This document shows, piece after piece, positions 32,114-42,180 of a DNA stretch of 64,000 bases; the first letter of the stretch is position 1; every line of letters starts with the position of its first letter. Location of the stretch: the NCBI GenBank assembly GCA_000004985.1, contig GG738912.1; one strand, written 5' to 3'. This DNA is from Naegleria gruberi (lineage: Eukaryota). The notes under the pieces are model-generated. The model searched no databases. It saw only the letters and a program-made list of their open reading frames with translations, and was not told where the DNA came from. The position numbers and the translations under genes were made by a program.

Positions 32114-33400
32114 CTATTCATCGTCTTCTCTAATATCATTCAATTCCTTTCCTCTAACCTTGTTGATAATAATTTTCATAATCATGGAGAACCAGAAAAT
32201 GTGTAAGGATACAAGAACAACCAAAAGAGAGATGAGTGACCAGAAACTACTAATGCAATATTTGAAGAGGCAACCTCCATAATTTGTAACTTCAAGAAGA
32301 GAGTTAGCATTTTCAACATATCTGAAAATGTAATATCTTTGAGGATAGTCCCAACTGTTTGTTACAAAGAACAAGGCGTTAATGATGAGGTATGGCAAAT
32401 ATACTAATCTCAAAATTAAGAAGGATACTACAAATCCAACAAATAACATTTCACAAATCTTTTCCTGTTTGAAAAGTTTGAGTGTTTTGGCACTATAGAG
32501 AAAGACGTCAACAACATCGTGCAAGAGCAAGACCAAAGTACCAATTCTGTGATAGTAGGAAATTACACACCAAACAATAAGGACAATAGTGACAAGGTGG
32601 TGAACCAACATTTCAACAAAGTCCTTCATTCTCTCATCGACAAAGAGCAATGTAAAGAGTGCTTGGAAATAGAAACCTGCTCCGACTAACAAGTACATTC
32701 TTACGAATGGCGAAATTTCATAGCCAGTTTGTTCTTGTGGGTAGCCAATAACAAGATGTGACAAGTCCCAGAACCACGGAGTCTCCTTCAAAATCAAAAA
32801 TCCCAAGACGGCCGAAGCAATATAATACAATGAAAACCAGAGATTTTCCATAAGACGTTGTTCATCTTTCAATTGCTTGGAGGCATCTACAGCTTCCTTC
32901 TTTTCCTTGTTGCCGTCAGCAGCAGATGAACCAACGGAATAATCTCTCAATTTGAAAATCATACCCTTCACACTCTCACTGTTGAGTATTCTTCTAATAC
33001 CATACAAGAGAAGAGCACAGAAGAGAACAAATAATGTATCCTCTAAAGTCCAACCAACTCTTCTCCATATTGATGGTGCTGCTTCATTACTTCCCATAAA
33101 TAAAGGGAATGAATGAGGAGGACCTACGGAGAGATTATAAACGTTGGTGGCTCCATTCGATGTGTACGAATAGATATGACTATTGTTAGAACCCTTGACC
33201 CCAAAGAAGTGATCAACAATATGATAAAAGATGGCTGCTGCTTGATTTTGTGAGGATAGACCACCTGAGGCTGCCATATTAGCAGCTGAATTATTTACAG
33301 AAAGGACGGAATGGTTGGTGGCAATGATAGAATCATCAGGATAGACCTTCATCATGGTCATTCCTGTTGTACCACTATTGCTAGTATCAATTGTATTCAT
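32114..33400 (-). CDS. ceramide synthase (LAG1/TLC domain)
   Basis: ATG at 33400. It carries the Lag1p motif MLVHHLVTIVLIVWCVISYYHRIGTLVLLLHDVVDVFLYSAK inside a multi-TM TLC domain, and ends in a DIREDDE acidic tail. Confidence 0.75.
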   Translation of the reverse strand: MNTIDTSNSGTTGMTMMKVYPDDSIIATNHSVLSVNNSAANMAASGGLSSQNQAAAIFYHIVDHFFGVKGSNNSHIYSYTSNGATNVYNLSVGPPHSFPLFMGSNEAAPSIWRRVGWTLEDTLFVLFCALLLYGIRRILNSESVKGMIFKLRDYSVGSSAADGNKEKKEAVDASKQLKDEQRLMENLWFSLYYIASAVLGFLILKETPWFWDLSHLVIGYPQEQTGYEISPFVRMYLLVGAGFYFQALFTLLFVDERMKDFVEMLVHHLVTIVLIVWCVISYYHRIGTLVLLLHDVVDVFLYSAKTLKLFKQEKICEMLFVGFVVSFLILRLVYLPYLIINALFFVTNSWDYPQRYYIFRYVENANSLLEVTNYGGCLFKYCISSFWSLISLLVVLVSLHIFWFSMIMKIIINKVRGKELNDIREDDE

Positions 33401-34628
33401 TATGTGATGATGTTTGATGATGAAGTTGAAAAATACCAAAATTCACTGATGATGAAAACCGAGATCAATGCAATGAAATAATTTGTTGGCACCTATTATA
33501 ACCCACTAGAAATGTTAAGTAAGTTAACCTTCTTTCAAATTCTCTCTCAAGCCAAAAAGCTCAAAATTTGTATGTTAAATATATATCAATCTACTACAAC
33601 AGCAAGTATCCACTACTGCTGTTACCTCAAAGTCGTTAGAAAAAGGAAGAATCGAGTTATAATCTACTCTCACTTTACAATACAACACAAAGGAACAACC
33701 TGAAAAAGAATTGGCGAAAAATCTGATGGAAGTGAAAAAACACGGGGGTGGAGTGTTGGTGTTTTTTTTTCTACTGGTTTGTGGATGATACTTGGCTCAA
33801 CGATAACAGGCTGGTTTGATGAGACAATACAAGGGCTGTCTCAAGACTTCGCACAGGTTCGGCCTAGATTGAATATTCACCGTCCTCCACTTGTGAGGTT
33901 TTGATGAGTTTGGTGAATCATGCATAGAACATGCATTGCAAGGGAGGGCTTTTAGGGATATAATGTTGGAGTACATTTGCTAATTCGAACAGGGAAGGAA
34001 ATTGAATGTTGGTGGTATGATTTCTTATCTTGATGATTGAATCGCAAGAGCATTTGATATTAGAAGAGACAATGATGGCCGCCGATATTGCACTAGGAGG
34101 ATTGGATATATTGTTGTTAACATAAACCTTCACACATGTGTAGGAAGTAATATGAAAATTGAAGGAGATCAATTTCCAATCCAACTCCAATTGGATGTTA
34201 GATTCGTTTTCCGAACAAAGAAAGATGACAAACCAAATGGATAAAAAAGAAATTCTTGGACAAATTTGAAAAACTGCAATACTTTACAACGAGTAATGGG
34301 TATCGAAGTTGTATTATCATGAATTTTACAACAATACAAAATGTGATGTTGGCGCCAAGTTCAACAGTTTAATTGATGAATACTTTTATGTATTGGTTTA
34401 GACTGGTTGTTGTCAGCAAGTTCCCCTTGTTTGGTTTGAACCGCTCAATTTATAATTAAGGCGATTTTCTGCAATATTCCATTTTTGTGCAATTTGTGTA
34501 TTTCAACATTCCACCTAGTTGATAACATTTAAATATTCAAGTGTAATAACTAAATAAAGAGAATATCTAGATTATTTTATTTAAATATTGGGAGGAAAAT
34601 AACTTAGGTTTCAAAATTGAAAAGGAAA

Positions 34629-37586
34629 CTAGGCCAGTTCATGGCTGATGGTGTTGAAGGTATATTTAGAGGTGTCTTCTAACTCTTTGAATGGTAATTC
34701 AAATAGACGGTTGAGGAAATGTTGTAAATTTTCATTGGATTTTCCTTCAGAATAAATTAGGTTTTCAAAAAGAGACAGAAGAAATTGGAAAGGTGCTTTC
34801 AATTCGTCTATCATGTGTTCTTTGGCTAATTGACTTTCAAAAACAATGCAATTTTCACTGATGAGTTGAAGGGATAAAACTTTGAGTGAAATTTCGTAAA
34901 GTTTTTCCAATAAATTGTGATCTGAGAGAATGATTTTTGATTTTTCTACGGAAAAGGTTTCTAATATCAATTTTTCAATATATTTCATTATCAGTGACTG
35001 TTCAACTATGGAAAGAGACTCGTTATGTGAAAAGAAGGTATTCCTCTTATATTGATATCTTGGAAATGCTATTTGAAGCATATTATACATTCTAAGAGGT
35101 ATTTCCTTCCATGAATAAAAGTAAATATTTCTCAAGAAAGAGTTACTGTTTCTTGATAGAGCTTTTGGTGGTTCAAAGGCAACGTTGGAGAAGATATTGA
35201 GTGTAACAATAGATGGACCAAAATTAGAGATGTGATAGAAAATATCACTGGTTAATTGCATACTATCCAATGTTAACACATTCAATGAGTTGAAAACTAA
35301 GCAAATTTGTTGGATGTCTTGATCCACAATAGACCTGGAGTGGATGACTAAACTTCTAATAAGTGGACATTTGATATTTGAGCTCAATTCACTAAATTTC
35401 AACCTGTTGGAATTCAATGTCAAGTGGTAGAGAGAAAGCGAATTTTGAAGTTGTGAGAGAAAAGTACCAGTAATGTTATCACTCTTAATAGACAGGTATT
35501 GTAACCTTGGGCAACATGTGAGAATCTTACCAAGATCTTCATCATTGACATCTGTTCCTGATCTTATAATTCTCTCTGGCGAGGAATTGGACGAGTTGGA
35601 ACTACTTCCAAAAGATCCAATTGATGATGGTGGAGATAGAGAACCATCACTTGTACTTGTTCCTGTACTTTCACTTCCAGTGCTAGTACAATCCTCTTCA
35701 CCTTCACTTTCTTCCTCAATTACCTTGTTGAAGAGAAACTCGTTTGATCTATTAGATACTACTAAATGTTCTACATTTGGACAATTGGAAAGAACTGAGA
35801 GGAGTACTGAAGATGGTAAAAATGTTCCTACCAATTTGAGTGTCTTGAGATTATATTTACAGTGTGAAAATGCCTCTAGGAATTGAGTGTAATCAGTCAA
35901 TAAAATCTTTGATAATTCAATAGATTTCAGATGAACACTTGGGAGACAATATTTAACAATTAAACCATTGTTAAAGTTGTGAATTCTATGCTTGTCATCA
36001 AGCCTTATTCTGACACTCTTCAATCTATCCAAAGGTTTGAAAAACTCTTCATTATCGATCAAAGACGCTGATCTGTCAATACTTAAAGTGTTGGTATGTA
36101 AATCTATGGCTAAGTGTTCCAAAGCCAAACCGTATGAAAATATATTCACAAATGTCTTGATGGAGCAAGAAACCCCTTCCAATGACAAGTATACAAGAGG
36201 TACATTCTTAATTAAAAGGGCTTGCACTAGAGAATCGACAACAACTAAAGAACTGTTATGATTAAAATCAGTAGCATATAACGGGAGAGCCAGTTCGAAA
36301 TGTTCTAAATCCAAAAGTTTGTTTGTCATGGCATCCATATGAGACATGTTAATAGAATTAACAGGTGGTCGACTAATTTTCAACTCTTTCAAATGTGGAA
36401 GAAGGTTTTCAGAAATCATTCTCACCACTGAACTGGTAGATTTAAAATTTGTAAGCCTGAGACATGTTAATGGAAGAGGTGATTCAGAAATGACTCTCCA
36501 ACCATCCTTCTCATCACTATTGGATCCATTCTGATGATTAGCATTGTGATTTCTTCTGGTTGGTGACATTAGACCTGATGAGCTGTGAATCTCAAGCTTT
36601 TTCAACTTGGAAGCCATGTTAAGAAGTAATGGAATGGATGATTCTTGAAATTGATGACAATCCTTAATCACCACTTGATCCAAATTATTACACTCTGTGA
36701 AAATCTTTTCAAAAAAAGGCAATGAGAGGAAATGTTGCTTTACAAACACAACTTTTCTCCATGTGTTTGGTGCTCTTTTTGAAAAGATATCCCTAATAAA
36801 GCTTTGCTCGTTCAAACTGATTGGAACATTGGCTGGTATCTCAAAACCACTGGCACACAACTCGCTATCCTGATCAACAGATTGTTTAAACTTTTTACAG
36901 ATTGGTCTGGCACATGTGAACAAATCATAAGTATCCAAATATTGGAGAATGTATGATAAAATCTCTGGAGCCAGATCACAAATATGATGTGTTATTACAA
37001 CATTGTGAAGATAACCTCTATTTCTCTTAGAAAATGGAGACTTGGAGATACTAACAGGAGAATATCCATCATAAAAATTTGTTGCTGCATAATCCATATT
37101 GGAATCTACTCGAGAATCAGTATTTTGAATTCTCTTTCGAGAAGGAGATGATGAATTTCTCTCAACCTGAGAAGATAAATAAAAAGTGTTATTCTTTTCA
37201 TTAGATTGATTCACAATGTTGGAATCTGAATTATTACAATCTGAATTTAACTCTGAATTCGAATTGAAATTTCTGATATAAGGAAAATTAAAAGAACGTG
37301 TATAATGAGGTTCAAATTGATTGGAATAATTATTATAAATTTGAATAAAATGGTCATCGTATTGCAATTCTTCCCTATGTTGAGAGGTCTGTTGTAGATT
37401 CGGCTCGAGAATAGTTTGGAAAGAGGAAGGTCGATTAGCTCTCAACATTTGATTGGAATTTCCATTAATGAATTGTGAATCAATATTTTCATTATCAACT
37501 CCATCGTTATGAATAATTTCTGAGGACAAATTATCGCTACCTCCCCTTGAAGTATCATTTTCACTTTGGAATGTCTGAAAATGCAT
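34629..37586 (-). CDS. F-box / leucine-rich-repeat protein with Ser/Asn-rich N-terminus
   Basis: ATG at 37586. The F-box motif is HHICDLAPEILSYILQYLDTYDLFTCARPICKKFKQSV. A long series of irregular LRRs follows (LxxLxLxxC…), plus an acidic/Ser-rich insert. Confidence 0.55.
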   Translation of the reverse strand: MHFQTFQSENDTSRGGSDNLSSEIIHNDGVDNENIDSQFINGNSNQMLRANRPSSFQTILEPNLQQTSQHREELQYDDHFIQIYNNYSNQFEPHYTRSFNFPYIRNFNSNSELNSDCNNSDSNIVNQSNEKNNTFYLSSQVERNSSSPSRKRIQNTDSRVDSNMDYAATNFYDGYSPVSISKSPFSKRNRGYLHNVVITHHICDLAPEILSYILQYLDTYDLFTCARPICKKFKQSVDQDSELCASGFEIPANVPISLNEQSFIRDIFSKRAPNTWRKVVFVKQHFLSLPFFEKIFTECNNLDQVVIKDCHQFQESSIPLLLNMASKLKKLEIHSSSGLMSPTRRNHNANHQNGSNSDEKDGWRVISESPLPLTCLRLTNFKSTSSVVRMISENLLPHLKELKISRPPVNSINMSHMDAMTNKLLDLEHFELALPLYATDFNHNSSLVVVDSLVQALLIKNVPLVYLSLEGVSCSIKTFVNIFSYGLALEHLAIDLHTNTLSIDRSASLIDNEEFFKPLDRLKSVRIRLDDKHRIHNFNNGLIVKYCLPSVHLKSIELSKILLTDYTQFLEAFSHCKYNLKTLKLVGTFLPSSVLLSVLSNCPNVEHLVVSNRSNEFLFNKVIEEESEGEEDCTSTGSESTGTSTSDGSLSPPSSIGSFGSSSNSSNSSPERIIRSGTDVNDEDLGKILTCCPRLQYLSIKSDNITGTFLSQLQNSLSLYHLTLNSNRLKFSELSSNIKCPLIRSLVIHSRSIVDQDIQQICLVFNSLNVLTLDSMQLTSDIFYHISNFGPSIVTLNIFSNVAFEPPKALSRNSNSFLRNIYFYSWKEIPLRMYNMLQIAFPRYQYKRNTFFSHNESLSIVEQSLIMKYIEKLILETFSVEKSKIILSDHNLLEKLYEISLKVLSLQLISENCIVFESQLAKEHMIDELKAPFQFLLSLFENLIYSEGKSNENLQHFLNRLFELPFKELEDTSKYTFNTISHELA

Positions 37587-37962
37587 AATATATTGAATAT
37601 TTCTAAAAAAGGTACAATAGTATTTCAAATAGCTATTGTAAAGCGGATGCTAAATACCTCCTCTATCTATGACAAGTAAACAATGATAAGAATCATCAAC
37701 ATGATGAATTTCCAACTCAAACTTACAAATACGATGATGACCCGTAAATTTCCAACTCCAAAACTTGTTTGTACTAGAGTTTGTTACTACTATTGTAAAA
37801 TAAGAATGTCCTTCTTCTTCTCATCAACACAATTTATGACCAATTAATGTTGTTGCGGATGTTGTTCTATCAATCCAAAATAATAATAATATTAGCCTCT
37901 CTGATGATGCTATTATGCAAAATTCAAGTACAATTTGAATACTGCTTCTTTAAATAAGATGA

Positions 37963-38050
37963 TTGCGTACTAGTGTAATGTTGTTGTTATTGCTATTGTT
38001 ATTGTTGTTGATAAGAAAGTATGATAATAATATTATAATAATAATAAGAA
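37963..38050. repeat. microsatellite (TTG/TTA)n followed by (ATA/ATT)n
   Basis: gttgttgttattgctattgttattgttgttg … ataataatattataataataataag, in an ORF-free spacer. Confidence 0.7.
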
Positions 38051-38501
38051 ATCACTCTTGCCACTGTTGGATTTTACGTTTAATTTTTTTCAGTGTTGGA
38101 AGTTCCATGATTGGAGCTGGTGATGCGCAAGGCTCTATTCTGTGGTGTTGGAGGTGGGAATCTGGAGTGGAGATTTGTTGAGATTAAATTCTGGTGGTTT
38201 CAGGATGAAGGTGAAAAAGAGATTGTACAAGGTTTGAAATTCAGATTATGGTTAATGCTATAATGGACAATCAAAAGTATCATACTAGTGGTGAGATTGG
38301 GAGGATTCTTACGAGTTGGATTCTGAATTGGACATTGATTATTTATACACTGAGGAACCTTAGGTTGAACGATTTCTAAGGTTGAAATGCTAACGGTCTA
38401 ATTGGAAATATTGAGCGACATTGAAAGGGATACCCTTTTAAAATTATTTAGCATTCAAGAATATGTTGTCTATTGTAGAAGTAATCTTGTAAGCCAAGAT
38501 T

Positions 38502-40013
38502 TTATTCCTGAGGTTTTTTAATGACAATCTCCTCAATTCTCTTCACAGGTACATAGGAGACAACGCGTCCAACTTCTTGCCAATCTGAGAGAGTTTCCTC
38601 CTCTACCTCAAATGTAGTTTTAGGTGGAGCATTGGAGTGAATTGGATCATCCGTCTCTGAATGTGAAAAGGCAAATGGTGTTGCCAATCTTTTCAAGTGA
38701 CCAAAGGTACCCTTCTCTTGCTCCATTCTTGGACGAATGAAGGCAGATTTGGAACGACCAACTTTCTTACCAGAGTCTGTAGAGCTAATTGTTGGTGAGA
38801 GTGTTGGGGTGGTTTGTGAGGACGGTGTCTCGACAGATTTTTGTGAACTTGGTGGAGTAATGAGCTCATCCAATTGAGGAGAGGTCACGAGTGAAATAAC
38901 TGGAGATCCTGGAGTGCTGGCTGAATGAGCTTCTTCCATATCGATACCAAGGAATGAAATGGAACTCTTCTTTTTGATGGCAATTTCTGGAGTGTTTTCT
39001 TCCTTTTTTTCAATAAATTCTCTTTTTGGAGGAGTTGGAAGCTCGATAGTGAGTTTGAAATCATCTTCTTGCTCTTGCTTTTTGACCTGTTTGTTTTTGG
39101 ATATGGTCAACTCTGACATGCAGGACTCACTCAAATCTTGTAAGAAATTGAAAAGAAGAGAAGAATCCTTGAATCTATTTTGATAATCATGATTGATCCA
39201 ATTCAATAGTGCTGGTAAAAATTGGCCTCTACCTCCAAAATTATTCAACTCACTCAATTCCATTATTATTCTCTTCACATCTTCAATATTTACAATGGAG
39301 AGGAATACTTGATTCTTGATGAATTTTTCAAAATTTCCTTGCAGACATTCCAAACATTTCACTTTGATTGATTTGAATTTTTCATTCCAAATCTTTCCTC
39401 CATATCGTTCAATGAAATTCAAATTCTCCTTCTCTTTTAATTTGAATGGAGGAACATAAGCTTTGGTAAAAGTATTTACATTTGATCGTTGTCTAGTAAT
39501 TAATACAGGTTTCAACATGTCATTCATGAATGAGTTTGGATCTACAATTGTCTCAATAAAAGTATTCTTGCAATAATTTGAAGTCTTTGTTTCATTGAAA
39601 ATGGACAATAATTTCAATACATCTTCAAATATATTGTCTCCTTGAATGATTGATGTGAAATTGTCATGCAAATTGTGAAGGAGAGAAACTACAATTTCTG
39701 GTGCGAAATATTCATTAGATAACTGTAATAGAGGAATAATTTCATTATTTTCCCAGTCAATTCGTCCACTATAATAGAAAGTGAGAAATTTCCTAACAAT
39801 GGATGGTTTGTGTTTTGTGATGGTTATCATTGAAGAGGAACTAAATAATTGTTTGAATGACATATTTTTACAGGCCAAAACAATTCTATGAATTTTAAAT
39901 ACTTCCCCAGTGCCATTAAATGTGACTCGGATTTCACCATCAGGATAACTTTCACTCTTGTTAAAGCATTCCTCTACATTCTGTGGAGAGTTGAACAATT
40001 TGAAAACACCCAT
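38502..40013 (-). CDS. BTB/POZ domain protein
   Basis: ATG at 40013. The N-terminal segment GEIRVTFNGTGEVFKIHRIVLACKNMSFKQLFSS matches the BTB core (dv.f.v.g..f.aHk.vLaa.S..F..lf). The C-terminus is Ser/Thr/Pro-rich. Confidence 0.55.
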   Translation of the reverse strand: MGVFKLFNSPQNVEECFNKSESYPDGEIRVTFNGTGEVFKIHRIVLACKNMSFKQLFSSSSMITITKHKPSIVRKFLTFYYSGRIDWENNEIIPLLQLSNEYFAPEIVVSLLHNLHDNFTSIIQGDNIFEDVLKLLSIFNETKTSNYCKNTFIETIVDPNSFMNDMLKPVLITRQRSNVNTFTKAYVPPFKLKEKENLNFIERYGGKIWNEKFKSIKVKCLECLQGNFEKFIKNQVFLSIVNIEDVKRIIMELSELNNFGGRGQFLPALLNWINHDYQNRFKDSSLLFNFLQDLSESCMSELTISKNKQVKKQEQEDDFKLTIELPTPPKREFIEKKEENTPEIAIKKKSSISFLGIDMEEAHSASTPGSPVISLVTSPQLDELITPPSSQKSVETPSSQTTPTLSPTISSTDSGKKVGRSKSAFIRPRMEQEKGTFGHLKRLATPFAFSHSETDDPIHSNAPPKTTFEVEEETLSDWQEVGRVVSYVPVKRIEEIVIKKPQE

Positions 40014-40207
40014 TTTTTTGATTGTTGATTAATGGATGCCAAGTATTTCATTCTCATCTAAATTAATTGATGACATCGATATTGAATAGGACCAAAATAA
40101 ACAAAGTAAATCTGAAAATGAATAGGAACAACAAATTCATCTTATTGTTCTTGAAGAAAAGCAACTCTCGAATTTAAATTTTATGATTAATTTTTTTTAT
40201 AATTTAT

Positions 40208-40939
40208 TTAGAACTTCATTTCGTGTGGCTTATCACCGTTTTGGAGTCTGAAAGGAGTTTGGAGGTATTCCTTCAACAATTCGACCTTACCGACGGCAGC
40301 AACAACTTGTTGGTCGACAGCATCGAAAGTCTTCTTATTTTCTTCAGAGATAGCACCCTTCTTTCCGGCTCTGAACCAACTCTTCTTACCAGTTTCATCC
40401 AATCTGGTCTTATGTTCCTTTGTGAAAGTAGCATCAGTAACGGTAGCTGGGACGGTAACAGCAGAAACGTCAACCTTGGTGGAGGTAGCGATAACGTATC
40501 TTTGGTTAACTCTTCTCAATGGGACACCGTTTAATTGGAATGGACCAGTGACCAAGAGGAGACCTGATGGCAATTGCTTCAAGAAGACAACTCTCTTACC
40601 AGCGAATTTACCAGCCAACAAAATCAAAACAGTACCTGGTGTAATTGTGGATCTGAGCTTGGTGGCCTTTTGTGGCTTAGCACTCTTGGATCTGATGGTA
40701 GTGAGGGAGAAATCAGCAGCAATTCTGTCATCAGCAACTTCAACAGTAGCCTTGTTTCTAACAACCTTGATCTTTTGTTGCTTGACAACCTTCTTGGTTC
40801 TCTTAGCATCACTCTTAATGTAAGAGAAAGTACCCTTCTTCCAGAACAAAGAATTTGGGCTCAATCTGGTGACAGACTTAGCCAATGGAGCCATAGACTT
40901 CTCCTTGTTTGGGTTTTCCTTTCTAACTCTCTTAGGCAT
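40208..40939 (-). CDS. RPL6: 60S ribosomal protein eL6
   Basis: ATG at 40939; the track ORF is extended upstream of the true start. It opens MPKRVRKENPNKEKSMAPLAKSV… and continues KFAGKRVVFLKQLPSGLLLVTGPFQLNGVPLRRVNQRYVIATSTKVD…, collinear with eL6 throughout. Confidence 0.85.
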   Translation of the reverse strand: MPKRVRKENPNKEKSMAPLAKSVTRLSPNSLFWKKGTFSYIKSDAKRTKKVVKQQKIKVVRNKATVEVADDRIAADFSLTTIRSKSAKPQKATKLRSTITPGTVLILLAGKFAGKRVVFLKQLPSGLLLVTGPFQLNGVPLRRVNQRYVIATSTKVDVSAVTVPATVTDATFTKEHKTRLDETGKKSWFRAGKKGAISEENKKTFDAVDQQVVAAVGKVELLKEYLQTPFRLQNGDKPHEMKF

Positions 40940-41348
40940 CTTTATTGATGAATATTTGATATTGGTGGTTGATGAAGAAGACAAAAATATGCGTAAGATA
41001 TTAATTGGAGGATGATGAATACGAACCTTTTTAATTGTGACTTTTTTTTTCAACAAAATTTTTTAATTAATATCAGGTTGTCTTTCCAATGACGATTTTA
41101 CAATGAAAAATTTTTAGGCATTTTTGCTTTCAATTCCTTCAAGAAAGAAGAAAACAAAGAACCCAGCAACTCAACATGCTAATTTCATAATGTTTTCACA
41201 ACACTTTTGGAAGTAATAACAACACTATTAGGATTAACATAAATTAGATTTTATTCTCTCTAGATTACATCTCGTTTTTGAGTGTCAAGATGAAGGAACA
41301 CTTCAGCAAATAATCATGGATGATTGTCGATAAATATTTACACACAAT

Positions 41349-42091
41349 TTAATCATCTCTCATAAAGTCCATATCATCATCATCGTCACCACCGAAAGGA
41401 TTAGAATCAGCTTCACTTTGTGGTTCCTCATTTGTTCCTGTTACCATTGTTTCATCATTATTATTCATTGGAGTTTCTGTTGTTTCATCATTATTATTAT
41501 CAGTGGCACCATCTCCTTCCTCTTGTTGTTCTTGTTGTTCTGTTGATGGTGATTTAGGCTTGCTAGTTTCCTCATCGGTTGTTGCTGCTTCTTCCTCTGT
41601 TGTTGATAATGTTGTTGTTGTATTATTGGTTTGAGAATTACTAGCAGCTGCTGGTTTAAGAGTTACAGCAAGAAAGTTTGGTACAATATTGCCATTCTCT
41701 TGTTCTCTCTTCCTTCTTTCTTCATCCCATTGTTTAATTTCACTATCCGTTACTATTTGTATGTGTTGATGATGAAATCCAATTAATAAAATTATTAAAT
41801 TAATATTTAAATATTGATACTAGAAATCCAATGATCCAACACGTTCAAACACTTACAATGAACATATCCAACAGTAGAAACAAATTCAACTTTTCTCATC
41901 GATCTTTTCCATGGTTTTACTTTAATATCATTATTCTTTTCAATCCATGTTCCTTTTCCTGCTCTTGATTTTGTTGGAGCTTGTACACTGTGAGTGCTTT
42001 CATTGTCATCATCCATTGCGGAAGAGTCATTACTAGCTTCATTCTGTATTACTTCTCGTTGTGAAGTTGATCGGGTTACACGTGAAGACAT
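41349..42091 (-). CDS. hypothetical acidic Ser/Thr/Glu-rich protein, 2 exons
   Basis: Exon 1 runs from 42091 to about 41857 and ends KVEFVSTVGYVH at a GTAAGT donor. After a ~104-nt intron, exon 2 runs from about 41752 to 41349 (…TDSEIKQWDEERRKREQENGNIVPNFLAVTLKPAAA…DDDDMDFMRDD*). I recognise no domain. Confidence 0.35.
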
Positions 42092-42180
42092 TTTTTCCTA
42101 AGCTTTGAAAAATTCAACAATCGATTAAGATAACAATTCTTTTGAATTTATTGGAATAATCAGGATTGACTATTTATCAA

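Noticed and set aside
40223-40948. Four plus-strand ORFs overlapping the eL6 gene
   Set aside because: They are antisense or shadow ORFs within a highly expressed ribosomal-protein gene and have low-complexity translations.
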